Shown here: positions 26,036 through 38,097 of the stretch, in pieces
Layout of the letters: each line of letters starts with the position of its first letter
How positions within the stretch are numbered: position 1 is the first letter of the stretch
Source: Anolis carolinensis
Lineage: Eukaryota
Direction of reading: 5' to 3'
DNA: 64,000 nucleotides
NCBI RefSeq assembly: GCF_035594765.1
Contig: NC_085843.1
Location: 211,707,971-211,771,970, forward strand
The notes under the pieces: generated by a model
What the model was told of the DNA's origin: nothing
What the model saw: only the letters and a program-made list of their open reading frames with translations
The model's database searches: none
Translations under genes and position numbers: made by a program

Positions 26036-27046
26036 TGTATGTTGCACACATACACATATATAAAATCAATTGAGCTATATTACAGCATTTAAAGATGTGA
26101 AGAGGTCTACTGTGCTAGCTGCCTCCTTTCTTGCAAAAGAGATTATTAAAATGATGGAGGGAAGCCTCCTATAATCTGTGAAGCTTCATGCTTGAACTAG
26201 AATTAGAGAGTTTCCACCAAAACAGGTTCTTACATATGATCACTCTCTACATGTGGAGGACAGTGAATGTGATGACACAAGGGATGACATGAGTACGTTT
26301 GTGTCTGATCCTTCTTTTTGTATATAGAGTTCGCAAACTGTAGTTTTAAATGCCTGAACAGGACTGAAATTCTTTGGCTTGTCTTCAGTTGAGAACACAA
26401 AAATGGGTGACAATAAAAGGACACATTTGGATTAGCTGGATTTTTTTAGTTCCACTTCAGCTTCTTATAAAGTACTCTGATTATTTCTCAAGTAGGATGT
26501 AGATTAATGGCAACTTCAAAGTGGCAAAGAAGAGGGGAAAATATTTAGCGACTCTTGAAAAATTGATTCATATGTGGATGTCAAATATTTTTTCTTTTCT
26601 TTTAGTTTACTTTTTGTTAATGTTACACTAAAATAAAACTGATGTTTTCTCTTGTGGGCAGACTGAATCTTTGCAGAATTTAGCACTTGGCTATAAAACC
26701 ATTTCATTGTACACCAGGTTCTGATTTTTTTCTAGATCAGATTTCTGTAAAATGATATCTACCAAATGTATTGGGCAAAAATCCCCAGCATCCCCAACCA
26801 GAATGTCAAGGTTGCTATCTGGAAAGCATCATCTTAGAAAGGATGGGTTGGCCTATACTTTGCCACATTTTGGGGGCACATTCCGTTAACTATTTTGGTT
26901 TAGTTTCCCCCTTTGGCAGAGTTCTAGTCTGTTTTGAAGCGATTATGGCCTCAAGTGAAGTAAACATGGCCTCAAGTAAATATTAGAGCCTTGTTTATTG
27001 TATAAAAAAACATTTTTTTCAACAATATCTTTTGAGAGTGACCTAA

Positions 27047-27265
27047 ATACCGCAAAGGCATCAGATTCTGTCTGATCACAGAAGCTAAGTAGACTCGTCC
27101 CTGGTTAGTATTGGATGGATGGTTGCCAGTGACTACCAGGTATTGTAGAAAGAGGAAGAAACTGGGAAAACCACCTTTGAGTATTGCTTTCCTATGAAAC
27201 CTCTATGACATTCATGAATCAACAGGTGACTTGAAGGTACATACACATACATAGACATACACATA
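27047..27265 (+). mobile_element. 5S rRNA-derived SINE (5S-Sauria type)
   Basis: gtctgatcacagaagctaagtag...ccctggttagtattggatgg...taccagg matches the 5S rRNA internal control region. Followed by an RTE-like tail, gacttgaaggtacatacac. Confidence 0.78.
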
Positions 27266-27996
27266 GTCATAAGAGGACTGGCTTGCATTCAGTTATAAAA
27301 AAGGTTAATTTTTGTGTGCCATATGTCTGTAAAGAAGATTCTTGGGTTTACCAGTGTGAGATTTGTAAGTTACACCCACAAATCTGTCCTGCTGGTGGAA
27401 CAGTATTTCAACTCTACTTTAAATAATGCACTGGAAGCACACAAAAATCCAGGTGCACATTCACTCTTGCTGTTGCCTAAAAACAATCTGTTTCTGCTCT
27501 CAGATTCCCAAGTGCAGCCGTATTTTACTTCTAATTATTCTACAACCCTGATCTTTAAAAAAAGATGAGAAACCGCCATTTGTTTTGTCTTAATTAATAC
27601 AGTACTACTCTAAAATTTAAGAGAGAGAGAGATCTCCAGATGGTATTTATGGAGGGTAATTTGTTCTTTAAACTCTAACCTTCATAATTTCTAAAACAAT
27701 GAGAGAAAAACGTAGGGACTATATAAAACTGAATAAAATTGTAATATTCTGGAAAGTAATGAGTATTTTTGTGTATTTACACAGTACAATTCTTACTTGT
27801 TACAGTTAATATTGTTGTTAACTGCTGTCAAGCCTAACTAGTGTTTATGCAAAGGCCTGCCACACCACGGGGCTTGCCTTAGAGCTTCTCTAGATGTGTT
27901 TCTAGCATGCACTGAGAAATATCAACTATATCTCTCATGGGCAGATCTATGTGGATGAACCAAACTGTGTGGATGCATATATTTTAACTGGATATA

Positions 27997-28483
27997 CAGA
28001 CAGTCCCCAAGTTATGAAGACAATAAGTTTTGTAGGTTTGTTCTTTGTAAGTAGGAACAAGTACTTTTTTAAAGTGTGACTCCAGTCAAATATATATTAG
28101 CTTTAGATAGCATAGGGAAGGGTTGACACCCCTGTGGTGTTTGTTTTGCTGTTCAGAAGATTTCACCTCACATTCTGTCCCTGTGATCATTGGATTTTGA
28201 AAAACCTGGCTTGTTATGGAAATGCAATCCTCATTTCCATAACAAGCCAGGTTTTTCAAAAGCCAATGATCACAGGGACAGAATGTGAGGTGAAATCTCA
28301 GGTGAATGTGAGGTGTTAAAGCTTCTGTGGAGATACCTCCTCCTCCCCCCCCCCCCCCCGTGACTCTTTCAGGGGTGAATTTCCTTTTCTAGAGTTAGGT
28401 TTCTCTCACTTTCCATTGTCTCACCCCCTTTCTTAACTATGAGTCATTTGTAAGTCAAATATTTGTAACTTGGGGACTGCCTG
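27997..28483. mobile_element. Tigger-like MITE with an internal 67-bp fold-back
   Basis: TIRs CAGACAGTCCCCAAGTTA / TAACTTGGGGACTGCCTG with TA flanks. Confidence 0.88.
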
Positions 28484-29045
28484 TAATTGGGAATCAGCAA
28501 ATGTTCTGATCCTCCATTATGGAGCTTATCAGAGTTTGGAAGCTTGGTCTAATTTTGATCCAAATCAGTGGCTTCCTTTAGATTGTCTACATTTTTAACA
28601 TGTCCGTCATTTATTAAACAGTATGCACTATAAAGTGCATCAATTGTTGAGGCAGCAGTGCTGAACACTTAAAAATTTAGGTGAATAACTTTCTTAATAA
28701 GAGTACATTGAGCACAAAATCATACTTATAATAACCCACTGGTAAAACAGTTCTGTTGGGAAATAAAGTGCATGCTCCCATGTGCCATGTTTCTAAGCAG
28801 AATCACTTTGATTTTTGTTGAGTACAAGAAATTTCAACAGCATTGGTTGGGACTTGTGGAAGACACACATGGCAGGGGACATATTTTGCTTGGGGGCTGT
28901 GGAATGTATGTAAACTATTTTGTTATCAATACTTAAAGTTGCAATATACCGGTATTGCTATCATAAGGATAATTACTTTTAAAAACCCAGATCTTAATAT
29001 CAGCATACAGGCATTCCAAGGAACTGGCTTATATAAATGCTATTT

Positions 29046-30103
29046 CTGTTTTATTGACTATTCTAAAGTCTTTGACTTTGTGGATTATGATAAATTGTGG
29101 CAAGTTCTTGGTGGTATGGGAATACCAAGTCACATTGTCTGCCTCATGAGGAGTCAACTAGCAACAGTAAGAACAGACCACAGAACAACAGACTGGTTCA
29201 AGATTGGGGAAGGAGTACGGCAGGGCTGTATACTCTCACCCTACCTATTCAACTTTTATGCAGAATACATCATGCAACGTGAGGGGCTTGATAAATCCAA
29301 GGCTGGAGTTAAAATTGATTAGATATGTAGATGATGCCACTTTGATGGCTGAAAGTAAGGAGGAGATGAGGAGCCGTATAACCAAGGTGAAAGAAGAAAT
29401 TGCAAAAGCTCGGTTTCAGTTAAACATCAAGAAAACCAAGATTATGACAACCAGACTGATTGATAACTGGCAAATAGAGGGAGAAAACATGGAGGCAGTG
29501 ACAGACTTTATATTTCTAGACGTTAAGATTACTGCAGATGCAGACTTCAGCCAGGAAAGCAGATGACGTTTACTTCTTGGGAGGAGAGCAATGACCAACC
29601 TCGATACAATAGTGAAGAGTAGAGACACCACACTGGCAATGAAGGTCTGCGTAGTTAAGGCAACAGTATTCCCCATAGTAACCTATGGATGTGAGAGCTG
29701 GACCATAAAGAAGGCTGAGCGAAGGAAGATAGATGCTTTTTGCACTGTGGTTTTGGAGGAAAATTCTGAGAGTGCCTTGGACCGCAAGAAGATTCAACCA
29801 GTCCATACTCCAGGAAATAATGCCTGGCTGCTCAATGGAGGGAAGGATATTAGAGGCAAAGATGAAGTACTTTGGCCACATCATGAGAAGATAGGAAAGC
29901 TTGGAGAAGATAACGATGCTGGGTAAAATGGAAGGAAAAAGGAAGAGGGGCCGACCAAGGGCAAGATGGGTGGATGATATCCTTGAAGTGACTGGCTTGA
30001 TCTTTAAGGAGCTGGGGGTGGTGACGGCCGACAGGGAGTTCTGGCTTGGGCTGGTCCATGAGGTCATGATGAGTCGGAAGTGACTGAACGAATAAACAAC
30101 AAC
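29046..30103 (+). mobile_element. BovB (RTE) LINE, 5'-truncated, frameshifted RT
   Basis: Motifs CFIDYSKVFDFV, GVRQGCILSP, YVDD, YGCESWTIKK and GKMEGKRKRGRP; (AAC)n tail; 11-bp TSD AAATGCTATTT (29035-29045, 30104-30114). Confidence 0.93.
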
Positions 30104-30984
30104 AAATGCTATTTATTTTGCGTTACATATTTTTACCTTGGCTTTGATTACCACGTTGTTATAAAAGTACCCCGTAGAATAGCCAAACATGTAGAATTAT
30201 AGCATATTTTAAGAATGGAGTATTGTTCTATTCAGTGTGAAAGCTGCTGTTTCCAATGAACAGTTTACTATGCTTATTTTAATTTCCTTTAGGTATTTAA
30301 ATCCCATAGGAGATATGATTAAAGAAGGGGAACTGAAGGTACTGCACTGCCTCTGAATGACACAGTTGTCACTCCTACTCATGTGATATGCCAACAGCTT
30401 TGATATCTTAAATCTATATTGCCTCCCAAAGGAAAAATCTTTTGTAAGAGCCCATACATTAAAGTTCAAATGTAGAGAGTGAATGTGCCCTTTGTTTTAC
30501 TTTCACTTACTTGTGGAAAGAATGTGAATAGATAAGTGGAATATATAACCATTCCAATCTGGACCTGACACACAGTGGGCTTATTTTCTTTCAGACTGAG
30601 GCAATTGGCTAGCAGAACAGTTTAAAAGTAGGGCAAAACATTTTCAACCACTTAAAGTGATTTGATTTAAGTATCAATGGAGTAATAGATGTGGCTGTGA
30701 AATCATGAATTATGAAGTTTACTTAACTACTTCTTAGTTGTTTAAACCAGTTAATGATAAGTTGAGACTCTTTGAACATTTCAGTAAACATGGTAGAATT
30801 CCTCTACTCATGGAATTATGAGATTGGGGAGGAAAACGAGATCTTGAATCTTTGAGTTCTCTAGTCTGTATAGATCTAAACTAGAACTTGTTAAAAATCA
30901 GGTTTTGGACAAGTACTCATGGGCAAGTACTCATGAAAGTTGAATTATTACTTTGAATAGCTTCATGGTGTACTCTCCAACCTT

Positions 30985-31190
30985 TATTGTTGTATGGCTT
31001 CAAGTCATTTTCTTTACTTCTGGCAATGTGATTTTCTTGGCAAGATTTGTTCTGATGGTTTTTTTCCTTTGCTTCCTTTGAGGCTGAAACAGTATGACTT
31101 GCCTATTGTCACCCAGTAGGTTTCTATGGATTTATATGAATTTGAATTTTGGTCTTCAGTCATAGTTCAACACACTACACCATGCTGACC
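30985..31190 (-). mobile_element. Old SINE with RTE-like tail
   Basis: ttgttgtatggcttcaagtc...ttcttggcaagatttgttc is antisense to 9478-9645. Confidence 0.55.
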
Positions 31191-32159
31191 CTCTGGTATT
31201 CTACAGATAAAAATCTGGGACAGATGTGGCCAAGAAACATCAGTGTGATTAGATGGTGAAAATTATTAATGGGAATGAACACAGGCTAGGCTGCAACAGT
31301 TCACTTTTGCTTCAGCTTACCGGGAAGAGCATTAATCCACTGTTTCCACTTACTTTCTACTGAGTTTATCTAATGCATACTGGTTTTGTAATTTGAACTT
31401 GGTTTTCAGGCATTTAAATCAGGTGAGAACAAAGGAGGCAAAGGGGAAAAAGAGAGAGAAGCTGGAAAAAGCAAGAATTAATTGGAACTATTTATATCAA
31501 ATCGAGTCAGAGAGAATGGCAGCATCCTTTTGACTGTGCCAAATATTTCAATATTTTCCATTACCAAACTGTGGTCTCCCATCATTTGCAGTAAGGCTTA
31601 CTAAGAATGATATCTATAATCTTGTGCATAGTAAGGTATGTTTTTTAAAAAAATGTGAAAAGGGACCAATGGGATATAGGATGGTTGTTTTGCCGAAGTA
31701 ATGATACTAGGCCTATTTGCTGCTGTCTTAATCATTTCAGATATTTACAGCAATCATAGAGGTTAGCCTGGGTTACAGTTTTCTGGACATTGGACCTCCA
31801 AATTTAGTCTTACTGTTGAAATTGTCTTGCAATTTCTGTCTCCCAAAATTTAGACATGACATAATAGGTATTGCTTTCTGGTTTGTTTTTCCACTTAAAT
31901 GAAGGAATAAGTGAATGAACTGCCTTTTTAATAGTTTTTTTTTTAAAAAAGAAAAATTCAGTGTAGTTGTCCTAAAAGATGTCCAAAGTTTGGAGATGTG
32001 TTGGATTGTCATATATATTTATATTATTGAGATCAAGATCAAATTTTGAGATGATATATATTTGCCCTTTCATATCTATCTTTTGATTCTGGCCATGAAC
32101 AAATGCCGTTAATGAGATAGAAATCTTTGGGATTGTATTTCAGGTCCATTACGGGAGGT

Positions 32160-32727
32160 CTTCTTCTTCATTCACACAGTCGTTTCCGACTCTTTGTGAC
32201 CTCATGGACCAGTCCACGCCAGAGCTCCCTGTCGGCCATTGCAGCCCCCAGTTCCTTTAAGGTCAAGGCAGTCACTTCAAGGATACCATCCATCCATCTT
32301 GCCCTTGGTCGGCCCCTCTTCCTTTTTCCTTCCATTTTACCCAGCATCATGATCTTCTCCAAGCTTTCCTGTCTTCTCATGATGTGGCCAAAGTACTTCA
32401 TCTTTGCCTCTAGTATCCTTCCCTCCAGTGAGCAGCCGGGCATTATTTCCTGGAGTATGGACTGGTTGGATCTTCTTGTGGTCCAAGGCACTCTCAGGAT
32501 TTTCTTCCAGCACCAAAGTTTGAAGGCATCTATCAACCTTCGCTCAGCCTTCCTTATGGTCCAGCTTTCTCATCCATAGGTTACTATGGGGAATACCATT
32601 GCTTTCACTATGCAGACCTTTGTTGCCAGTGTGATGTCTCTGCTTTTCACTATTTTATCGAGGTTGACCATTACTTTCCTCCCAAGAAGTAAACGTCTTC
32701 TGATTTCCTGGCTGCAGTCTGCATCCA
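32160..32727 (-). mobile_element. BovB (RTE) LINE 3' fragment
   Basis: ORF 32168-32536 (IDAFKLWCWKKILRVPWT...GKMEGKRKRGRP); (GAA)n tail; TSD GGGAGGT (32153-32159, 32728-32734). Confidence 0.93.
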
Positions 32728-33944
32728 GGGAGGTATCGTGGCTGAAAAAAAATCCCTCTTGAGCTACAAGTTGGGGAAACCATGAGCATTTAGGCTGTGG
32801 GATTATGGAAACTATAGAACAGATGTACTATTTCCAAGCTTATGTTGAGGTTGAAACATCAACCACTTGTGACAAAACAGTCCATTGCCAATGTATATAG
32901 GGAACTCTTTTGAAGACATTAAAACTTTTTGTTTTTGTTAACCATAGTCTTATTAAATTATTTTGCTTCTGATAGCAATTTGAGCTTAAACATATAACTT
33001 TCATTTTTCTATATCCCTCCTGCTTGGTTTACAGTTATTGCTGGAATATAAAGAAAAGAGCTTGGAAGATATGTATATGCTACATATACTATTAGAATGT
33101 ACCGTTTATGAACCACAGAAGAAACAAATTGCTTACTCCAACATTAATATGCTCACATTAAAAATCCTGGCTCATTTCAAGCTTTTATAATCTTCTGCTG
33201 TACATCATTATTCTGTTGTTGTCCCTGCTCCTGTGTTACTAACAGCTTTGCCTCTTTAATTTCTCTGTGTAGTCCTACTGCTCACACTAAAACGTTGAGG
33301 TCAACAGAAAGCCAGTGATCCTAGTTATGTCCCTGGATTGTATAACTGTGTCACTTTGATTTCCATGTCTGTGCACACACAGTTTATGAGTAAAGAAAGA
33401 TGGATTTTTCCATGCAATAATTCTTCCCAGAAGCCCCTCCAGTTTCAAAGGTTCCTGGAGAATGATGGGAACAGCCAGCTGATCAGAAGTCAGACTGACC
33501 AGATACTGAGGGGTAGGCCAACCTGTAAAGTGCCAAATACAAAACTGTCCACCCAAGGAAAACTCCTCCATTCTGACCAGCAACCACTACACCACCTTAT
33601 CTTTTAGCTGTAACTCTTGGAAGGCTGGGCATTGGGCTGGATATCCTCAGGATACCACCCAAGGAGCCTTGACTCCAGTCATTAGCTGATTGATGTGTCC
33701 AGCATCAGTCCTAAGTAACAGGAGAACCAGACAGTGCTTTTTATCTACTTGAGCCTCAGTTTTGTCTCCTCAAAATCCTACAGCATTTGGGCTGGGAGGG
33801 AAGTTGAGAATCAGTTGGCAGATTAGGTCACCAATCTATAGTTCCGTGCCCTGTGTCAAGCCAACATTTTCCACTTGCAATCATTTAAGTTGTGAGCTGT
33901 CTTATTCCTTGCTGGAAATGTCTATGATTGTATTTAATCACTCA

Positions 33945-34071
33945 GGCCCCATTTACACTGCCATATAAAATCCAGATGATCTGCTTTGAACTGGATATAT
34001 TAGTCTACACAGTCATATAATCCAGTTCAAAGAAGATCATCTGGATTTTATATGGCGGTGTAGATGAGGCT
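33945..34071. mobile_element. Palindromic Harbinger-like MITE
   Basis: Whole-length inverted repeat (ccatataaaatccagatgatc / gatcatctggattttatatgg); TCA on both flanks. Confidence 0.78.
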
Positions 34072-34470
34072 TCAGCCACAGTTTGCTGCTGAAGACTGAA
34101 ATCCACCAGTCTGCTTTCCTCATTATATTTAAACTTCTTCATTTTCATTTTGAATTCTAATAGGCATGGCATAATTCTTTGGAACATACATCTGAGGATC
34201 ACTAATTCAGCAAATAAAGCTTTTCTCCATCTGTTCACATAGTAATGGGGCAGGGTCATCAACTATTTTTCTGCTAATAAAAAAGCTGTTGAAGGGCCAG
34301 GTCAGGAACACTGTTTGAGGAAAGAAGAAAAATAGCAAAGCTACTTAGTAATTATACTTATTTCATATCTGATGTTCAAGGACGGTTCTATCTAGTTCAC
34401 TTTACTTGACAATGCAACATCTTCTGTCAACAATAAAGGTAAAAGAGTATGAATTGCCTTTTCAACGCAC

Positions 34471-34496
34471 CTTCTCCCCTATATCGAATGCTGTAG
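34471..34496 (-). CDS. Candidate 26-nt microexon (CTACAGCATTCGATATAGGGGAGAAG)
   Basis: Very strong minus-strand acceptor cttcccttcctctcttcttcttttccccctcaacag and donor AAG|gtgcgt. Frames read (A)TAFDIGEK, YSIRYRGE or LQHSI*. Confidence 0.4.
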
Positions 34497-35779
34497 CTGT
34501 TGAGGGGGAAAAGAAGAAGAGAGGAAGGGAAGCTGTTTTTGCAATGTTGAAAGTCACCATTATCGAATACATGAACTAAGAATGATTTACTGAGATTTGG
34601 CATTTGCACATTTTGCTTTTCATTTTCTCTTGACCTCACTGCTTATGTGGTAACTTATTCTACCTCCTTCAAATGCACTCAACTTTGTATGTGTGTGTGT
34701 ATACTTCTAACTTGGGGTAAGGCTACATGAATTTAAAAATGTGGATTTTAGCAATTCAGAGTATATGCCATATGTAAATAAAGTTTTACGCATTTTTTGT
34801 TTTTGTACAGAATTTTTGGTTCTGTTTATCTTGTGTTGTACAGGAACTGAGGATTCAGAGGCTAGCTCATTGTAGTTTATTAATTTCATGCATTTTATAG
34901 ATGGTTTATACTGTTGTATTTTTGTACTTCTCTTTAGCTGGTACAGGAACAAAGCATGTTCTAATCGGCAAATCATTGGTAATAACACTAATTGCCCATT
35001 TTAGGATTAAGAAATACACTTTCCCTGCTTTACTTTTTACTGCAACATACAATTTGTGCTGATATTGGTTGTTTTTGATCAGGTCTGAGGTATGCAATAC
35101 ATAGTTAGAGTAACTATCTGGCCTTTTCTAAATTTGCTTACATTTTTTAAAAAATGACTAGTTAGTCAAAGAATTGCACTTAGTTGAAACTGTAATATTT
35201 TAGTCTGTTGCCTTCCTTGCGGTATATAAATATATTCTGTTCACTGCTGTTTTGCAATATGGCTTACTAGTTGAAGTTGTGACATGAGGGTTGTGTTTGT
35301 GTTTAGTATGCTTTAGAAAATCACTACCATATGATTGTTTTTCCTTTTAACACTAACACATGTCTTTCATGGTTGATCATAGCATCAATGCGGATTGAGT
35401 GGCCGAGCCTCTAAATCTGATGTCTTATGCTGTTTGAAAGGAAAATGAGCTGCTATAAAAATAGATGATTGCTGAAACACCTAAAATGCACTTGCCAATA
35501 TCTGATGTTTTCCTCATTGTAAAAGCCCTTTGTCGTGAATGTTGGTCATGAATGAATCTGAAAATTACTTTTTGACTAGTGGTATTACAGTTATGAAGTG
35601 CCATAAAGTCAAATAATGGATTAGAGATGAGAATTTGAGTGCCTTGCACCTGTTTTGTTGATAAAAAGAACTTTTGTGTAGTTTTTTTAAGGAGGTTCCT
35701 AATATCATTTAAAAAGAAGAAAACAGATACCTCAAAGATTTGAGTGTCTTTATTGCCTGCCTTTTGTTAAATTTAGGAG

Positions 35780-36173
35780 ACCGACAGTTTTTAAGTTACA
35801 AAATAGATATGTTCTGTAAGTTTGTTCTTCAGTTGAGTTTGTATGTAAGTCGGAACAGATACATTTTTGAGTGTAACTCTAGCCAAAACTATATATTTTT
35901 TAGCATTGGATGTCATAGGAAAGGGTTATCATCCCTGTGGTGTTTGTTTCGCCGTCTCTACTCCTGTTCAGAAGATTTCACCTCACTTTCTGTCCCTGTG
36001 ATAATTTGATTTTGAAAAATTTGGCTTGTGAAAGAAAGGATTGGCGATGATAAAACTTCCTCATGATTACTTTTTCCTCATGATTACTCCTTCAGGAGTG
36101 AATTTCCCTTTCTAGGGATAGATTTCTCTCACTTACTGTTGTTGATGGATGTTTGTAACTTGAGAACTGCCTT
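35780..36173. mobile_element. Degraded Tigger-like MITE
   Basis: Shares gttcagaagatttcacctcactttctgtccctgtg and the right TIR with the 20446 and 27997 copies. Confidence 0.75.
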
Positions 36174-37376
36174 TAGAAGATATTTTGAGATATCCGACAT
36201 ACCTAACCATTTCTGAATCCATCAGTCTGTGGACCCCCTCAATTTTATTTCTGTCACCGAGAACTTATTTGCTAGGAAATGCAATTAGCAGTTTCAAAGA
36301 GGCCTGTTTGTTGGAACTGGTAATGTATTGACTTAGAACTATTCTTCTCACTGCTGCTCAGGATACCACTAGCTGTTATTTATGTAAGGAAATGTGCATG
36401 TTATTTTAATTTGTATAATTAACCTCACATGTAATTTGGCCTTTCTGTGACAGAAAAAAAACCCACCCCCACTGCCCATAGCTTAGTGTTTACTTTGTTA
36501 GTTGCTCATTCAATTTTCTTTGTTTACTATCTTTGCAAAGCCATTATATCCAAAGTCATACTTTCTGTGTGGAACTACTTGGGACTGTCTGATTCAATAT
36601 ACAGAAGGATTGGTTAAGGAGGACTCTTTAGCAGAATTTTTAAGACAGCATCTTACTGGCAGAAAAAGACCCGATTGACTCAGTTAACTATTTCCTCAAG
36701 GGCTGTGAGGAATTCTGGTTAAATTATTGGACATATTCCCAGGAAGAGAGCTTGACCTAGTACTATGTATTCTGCATCTTAGCTATATTGACATAGAGAT
36801 AGGTGGGTGATTTGTCAGGTCAAGAACTTGGCAATGTCTTTCTTAAATGGGTACTTATCTGAGACTACTACCTTTTGTTAAGCTAAGTACCTTCTAATGT
36901 CTCTCATGAAATCCAGATGGGCATGAGCTGTGCAGTTCCTTCCTAGGTACTTCACAATTGAATTCAAAGATCTTTTCCCAAACACCAAAACAAATAAAAA
37001 GGGAATTCAGATTAAATGTAATTCATTTGGGGGGACAGCTCTGCTTGCTAGTTTTTCAAAGTCCTGCTGTGGCTCAGATCAACTTGGTTGGTTTGTCATC
37101 CTCCGATTTTGTTGTTGTTCCTAGAAGTAAAGCATTTCTCAGCAACTATTCAGGAAAGTCTAACAATAGTTGCTGATGCTATATGCCTTCAAGTTGTTTC
37201 CAATTGATGGCAACTCCTGTCATTGGGTTTTCTTGACACGATTTGTTAGAGGAGGTTTGACTACCTCGTTTTGAAGTTGGGAAAATATGCATTGCCCAAA
37301 GACAAAGGCCTTCTGTGGCTGTGCAGGAATTTGAACCTTGGTCTCCTAGAGTTCTTGTCCAATACCTAAACTACTT

Positions 37377-37706
37377 TAAAAAGGTAAAGGTTTCCCCTGA
37401 CGTTAAGTCCAGTCATGTCTGACTCTGGGGGTTGGTGCTCATCTCCATTTCTAAGCTGAAGAGCCGGCGTTGTCCGTAGACACCTCCAAGGTCATGTGGC
37501 CAGCATGACTGCATGGAGAGCCTTTACCTTCCTGCCGAAGCGGTACCTATTGATCTGCTCACATTGGCATGTTTTCAAACTGCTAGGTTGGCAGAAGCTG
37601 GAGCTAATAGCGGGTGCTCACTCCACTCCTGGGATTTGAACCTGCAACCTTTCGGTCTGCAAGTTCAGCAGCTCAGTGCTTTAACACACTTCGCCCCCGG
37701 GGCTCC
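37377..37706 (-). mobile_element. Sauria SINE
   Basis: Antisense of 4136-4460; TSD CTAAACTACTT (37366-37376, 37707-37717). Inserted at the edge of an older SINE (about 37170-37365). Confidence 0.93.
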
Positions 37707-38097
37707 CTAAACTACTTAGAAGACATAATTTCTTCCACCTCTAAATTTTCCCCGCCTAATATTTCTTTTTCTCCCTTACTTGTGAATATTGAGGAAATGT
37801 TTTGCCAGATAAATAGTTCTATTGGATGTGGACACAACGAACACACAACACCAATGGTGGAAGTTTTAACATGCTTATTAACTTAGCAGTCAAGCACTCT
37901 AGGTGTTATAAATGCATTTTCTATACCTAAATCAAACTAGAACCACAAAGCAAACTCTATTCCATTCATCAGCTACTGGAAGCTCTCTAGAAGCACGGGC
38001 TAAAGCCGCTATTAAGGCTTACTCCGTGGCTTTGTGAGCAGCCAGGAAAGCTTTCACGACTGCCCGCATAGCGTCTGCGGCCAGTAGGCCATCAGAG

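Noticed and set aside
27047-27150. 5S rRNA gene
   Set aside because: Heavily diverged, no T-run terminator, and fused to a SINE tail.
32127-32579. 150-aa plus-strand ORF (and 29570-30067 minus)
   Set aside because: Antisense open frames of BovB.
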